A stretch of 63,748 nt of DNA, the filler included, from a bacterium (GTDB taxonomy: Bacteria > JAJRZV01): NCBI GenBank assembly GCA_024275095.1. It is 6 parts of 6 records of this genome, joined end to end, with 100 filler letters (N's around TTAATTAATTAA, not from the genome) between each part and the next. Parts side by side here need not be neighbours in the genome. Positions count along the whole stretch, not along the records: positions 52,517 to 63,748 come from JAJRZV010000067.1; 5 more parts are not named here. One strand, written 5' to 3'. Below the pieces are notes generated by a model that worked only from the letters and a program-made list of their open reading frames with translations, was not told the origin of the DNA and did no database searches. Of this stretch, positions 60,574 to 63,748 are shown piece after piece; positions within the stretch are counted from its first letter, which is position 1; each line of letters begins with the position of its first letter. A program made the position numbers and the translations under genes.

Positions 60574-61551
60574 TCAAGATGCAAGTATTCGCGCTGCATC
60601 TTTGGCAAAATATGTAAGGATAAGGTCCGCACCTGCCCTTTTGATGGAATAAAGGATTTCCATCATCACCTTCTCTTCATCTATCCAGCCCATTTTTCCT
60701 GCTGCTTTCACAAGTGAATATTCTCCACTTACATTATAGGCAGCCAAAGGTACTCCAAACTTTTCCTTTACTCTACGAATGACATCTAAATAGGCGAGAG
60801 CGGGCTTCACCATAACGATGTCTGCACCTTCCTCAAGGTCGAGTTCAACCTCGCGCAAGGCCTCATCTGCATTACGGGGGTCCATTTGATAACCCCGGCG
60901 GTCACCAAATGCAGGAGCCGATTCAGCTGCATCCCGAAATGGACCGTAAAAAGCGGATGCGTATTTGGCTGCATACGACATAACGGGCACATGCGAGAAA
61001 CCGGTCTCGTCCAATGCGCTTCTAATCGCAGCAACACGTCCATCCATCATGTCTGAAGGAGCAATCATGTCCGCGCCTGCTTCAGCAAGAGACACAGCTG
61101 TGGTAGCCAGTTTTTCAAGCGTTTTATCGTTATCAACCTCGCCTTTCTCGGTCAAAATGCCACAGTGACCGTGGGATGTATACTCGCACATGCATACATC
61201 AGCAATCACGATCATTTCCGGCACAGCATCCTTGATGGCCATCACAGCCTGTTGGGCAATGCCATTTTTATCGTACGCGCCGGTACCCTCTGGATCTTTG
61301 TGTTCCGGAATACCGAATACAATGACTGCGGGAATTCCCAGTTGAAAAGTCTCACGTGCTTCTTCGCCGATACAGTCTACAGAATACCGGTATATGCCCG
61401 GCATGGAAGGAATCTCCTCTTTCTTGCTCCTCCCGAACACAGCAAACATCGGATAAATAAAATCCTTCACTGAAAGCTGCGTTTCAGCCACCATATCTCT
61501 GAAGCTCTTCAGGCGCCTGAGCCTTCTCATCCTCACAGTAGGGAAACCCAT
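60574..61551 (-). CDS. hemB: Porphobilinogen synthase (Zn type)
   Basis: [46 protein letters not shown]. Confidence 0.96.
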   Translation of the reverse strand: MGFPTVRMRRLRRLKSFRDMVAETQLSVKDFIYPMFAVFGRSKKEEIPSMPGIYRYSVDCIGEEARETFQLGIPAVIVFGIPEHKDPEGTGAYDKNGIAQQAVMAIKDAVPEMIVIADVCMCEYTSHGHCGILTEKGEVDNDKTLEKLATTAVSLAEAGADMIAPSDMMDGRVAAIRSALDETGFSHVPVMSYAAKYASAFYGPFRDAAESAPAFGDRRGYQMDPRNADEALREVELDLEEGADIVMVKPALAYLDVIRRVKEKFGVPLAAYNVSGEYSLVKAAGKMGWIDEEKVMMEILYSIKRAGADLILTYFAKDAARILAS

Positions 61552-61757
61552 CGCCATCACCTCCTGTTAGCAAATATGAAACAATTATTACAGGGAAAGA
61601 AGAGCCTCTCAACAGGAGCATAATCTTTTTCCGAAAACACATAAACAGACAAGACTTTTTTCGCTTTTTGTAGCACCATCAGGATCATTAAACCAGGTTT
61701 TTTACTAACCCACATTTTTGGTACACTATCCCGGAACCATCGGAGGTCTTACCCGAA

Positions 61758-63653
61758 GTGAAGAAACAGAAAACACTGATTGTAAGTGCATTTGTTACCA
61801 TTAATGTAATAAAAATCTGCATTTTTTACTTCTTTAACGACTTACACGTTTTCCAAATCACCTGGACAGAAGACCTGCTGATCGTATTCATCGCGGCCAT
61901 AGCCGTTTCTGCTTTACCTTTCAACCTGTCGCTTCTCATGTATGCTGTTTTCGATTTTGTAATCTCTGCAGTTGTAATGATCGATACCGGCTACCTGCGC
62001 ATTTTCAGTAGAATGCTCCCTCTTGACGCACTGAAGCAGGCAAGGCTGCTTCCACATATAAATATTGCGATTATGGAAGTTTTTCACTGGTACGAATGGC
62101 TTGTGCTTCTCACACCTGTGGTGTACGCAATTATGGCTTTTGCGTTTAAGAAGAAAAAAGGTTCGACTACTGACATGAATTCAGCCACCCGTGTGCTCAC
62201 ACTGTACTTCAAGATTTTAACCGCGTGTGTCTTGTTCGCCGTATCACTGAGGTATTTAAACTTTGTACAGAAAAAAGTATACAACGACCCGTGGAACCAG
62301 CCATCCGATATGCTCCTCCTTAAAAAGCTGGGGCTTCTCGGTTTTCACTACAACGAGGCAGTACTCAGGATAAAGAAAGGGAAAAAAACCAGGTTTTCAG
62401 ATGAGGAGATCAAAAAAGCTCAGGAAATATTGAAAAAACATCGTCTCAAAGGTTCTGACACATACAAAGAGCTTGCAGGCTCTTACAGTGGGTACAACAT
62501 TATAGTGGTCCTTATGGAGTCACTTCAGGCGTTCATGATTGGACAAATCTTACATGGGCAAGAACTAACTCCGACACTCAACAAACTTTTAAATGAATCA
62601 CTGTACTTTTCAGATTTTTATTCCACCGTATCGATGGGTAACACCTCAGATGCCGAATTTTCAGTAAACAACAGCCTTCTCCCTCTTCCAGACGACTCTG
62701 TCTATGTTTCATATTATGCACGGGATTACATTGCCCTCCCATCAATCCTTGCTGAAAAGGGCTACGGGACCTACGTGTTCCACGCATACAGGCCTAACTT
62801 CTGGAACAGAAGCAAGGCTTATCTCTACCAGGGAATCCAAAAATTTTTCTATGACAAATACTTCCGCATAGATGAAAAAATAGGGCTTGGGCTTTCCGAC
62901 GGATCGTTCTTCAGACAGGTGGTATCCAAAATGGAAAAGCTTCCCCAGCCCTTTTACGCTCTCGTTATAACGTTATCAAACCACTACCCTTACAAGCTAC
63001 CTCCGGATCTGATTGCATTAGACCTTTCCTTTATCGGGTACGAACAGTTCAGGAACTATCTTGAGAGCGTGCATTATATGGACACGGCCCTGGGGATATT
63101 CATTGAAAAACTCAGGAAAACAGGTATCCTGGACCGCTCCATTCTCGTCGTATTCGGCGATCACTTTGCGCCCATGAACAATGCCTATCTTACAATGAAC
63201 ACCATTAAAAAATTTTTCAAGACAAGCGGCACCCCTTTTGAGCGATCACGCGTGCCACTTTTCATTCGTCTTCCAGGAGGTCATCCTTCTGCGGTAATTG
63301 ATAAATCAGGAAGTCACCGGGACATAGAGCCCACCCTCCTGTATCTTACAGGATATTACCGGGAAAACATCCCGATGCTTGGTGAAAATTTACTCGCTGA
63401 AGGTGAAGGATTCGTGCCCTTCCTGTATTATTTTGGGAATGGGAGCTGGCTGAACAGGTCAAAATATTTTTACCTTAAACGCGGAGAAAGACTGAGAAGG
63501 GGCAGATGTTTCTCGCGCACAGAAAAACGCAAACTCCCTTATGAAGAATGCAAAGCAGGCATTGAAAGGGCGCGCAGGGAGATTCGGGCATCGGAAGTGC
63601 TCATAAAAGGGAATCTGATCAAGAAGATTTTTAAATATAAAAAATTCAATTGA
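61758..63653 (+). CDS. LTA synthase (LtaS)-family sulfatase/phosphoglycerol transferase
   Basis: About 5 N-terminal TMs; ESLQ, GNTSDAEF, FWNR, TLSNH.PY, GDH. Confidence 0.85.
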   Translation: MKKQKTLIVSAFVTINVIKICIFYFFNDLHVFQITWTEDLLIVFIAAIAVSALPFNLSLLMYAVFDFVISAVVMIDTGYLRIFSRMLPLDALKQARLLPHINIAIMEVFHWYEWLVLLTPVVYAIMAFAFKKKKGSTTDMNSATRVLTLYFKILTACVLFAVSLRYLNFVQKKVYNDPWNQPSDMLLLKKLGLLGFHYNEAVLRIKKGKKTRFSDEEIKKAQEILKKHRLKGSDTYKELAGSYSGYNIIVVLMESLQAFMIGQILHGQELTPTLNKLLNESLYFSDFYSTVSMGNTSDAEFSVNNSLLPLPDDSVYVSYYARDYIALPSILAEKGYGTYVFHAYRPNFWNRSKAYLYQGIQKFFYDKYFRIDEKIGLGLSDGSFFRQVVSKMEKLPQPFYALVITLSNHYPYKLPPDLIALDLSFIGYEQFRNYLESVHYMDTALGIFIEKLRKTGILDRSILVVFGDHFAPMNNAYLTMNTIKKFFKTSGTPFERSRVPLFIRLPGGHPSAVIDKSGSHRDIEPTLLYLTGYYRENIPMLGENLLAEGEGFVPFLYYFGNGSWLNRSKYFYLKRGERLRRGRCFSRTEKRKLPYEECKAGIERARREIRASEVLIKGNLIKKIFKYKKFN

Positions 63654-63748
63654 AATGCCGCGTGCAACCATAATAAAATAAGAAAAAACAAAAAGTGTTG
63701 CAAACGACTGCATTTGATTTATATGTATAGACAAAACATAAACTCAGA

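Overview
The window is a pseudomolecule of six contigs joined by 100-nt N/TTAATTAATTAA linkers, so adjacency across a linker means nothing. Gene content points to a diderm, probably anaerobic deltaproteobacterial/Myxococcota-like bacterium (MshEN, PilZ, MYXO-CTERM, Feo, cobalamin, tetraheme cytochrome). Contig 1: IS256 end, opp ATPases, plsY, nth, an ECF-sigma/anti-sigma/FecR-DUF3106 module, a decayed MNT-HEPN toxin-antitoxin pair, radA, a tetraheme cytochrome, wecC and a metal ABC importer. Contig 2: WYL regulator and a DtxR-boxed dtxR-feoA-feoA-feoB operon ending in a Mu Com-like zinc finger and a beta-barrel gene. Contig 3: cbiA-cobD-cbiB, then a NikR-boxed tonB-exbB-exbD-TBDR-DUF4198 operon and tRNA-Gln. 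Contig 4: a Tad/Flp cluster with an FHA-fused ATPase, similar to the myxobacterial Kil prey-killing apparatus. Contig 5: Ser/Thr kinase-FHA-gyrB and a Lol-like ABC system. Contig 6: cstA, uvrC, tRNA-Gln, an Fe-S protein, an ABC exporter, hemB and an LtaS-like protein. Best novelty candidates are the Com-like translational switch inside the iron operon, the Kil-like Tad system, the ECF module with paired acidic motifs and basic repeats, and recurrent leaderless-type starts. All calls come from motif recognition; no searches were run.
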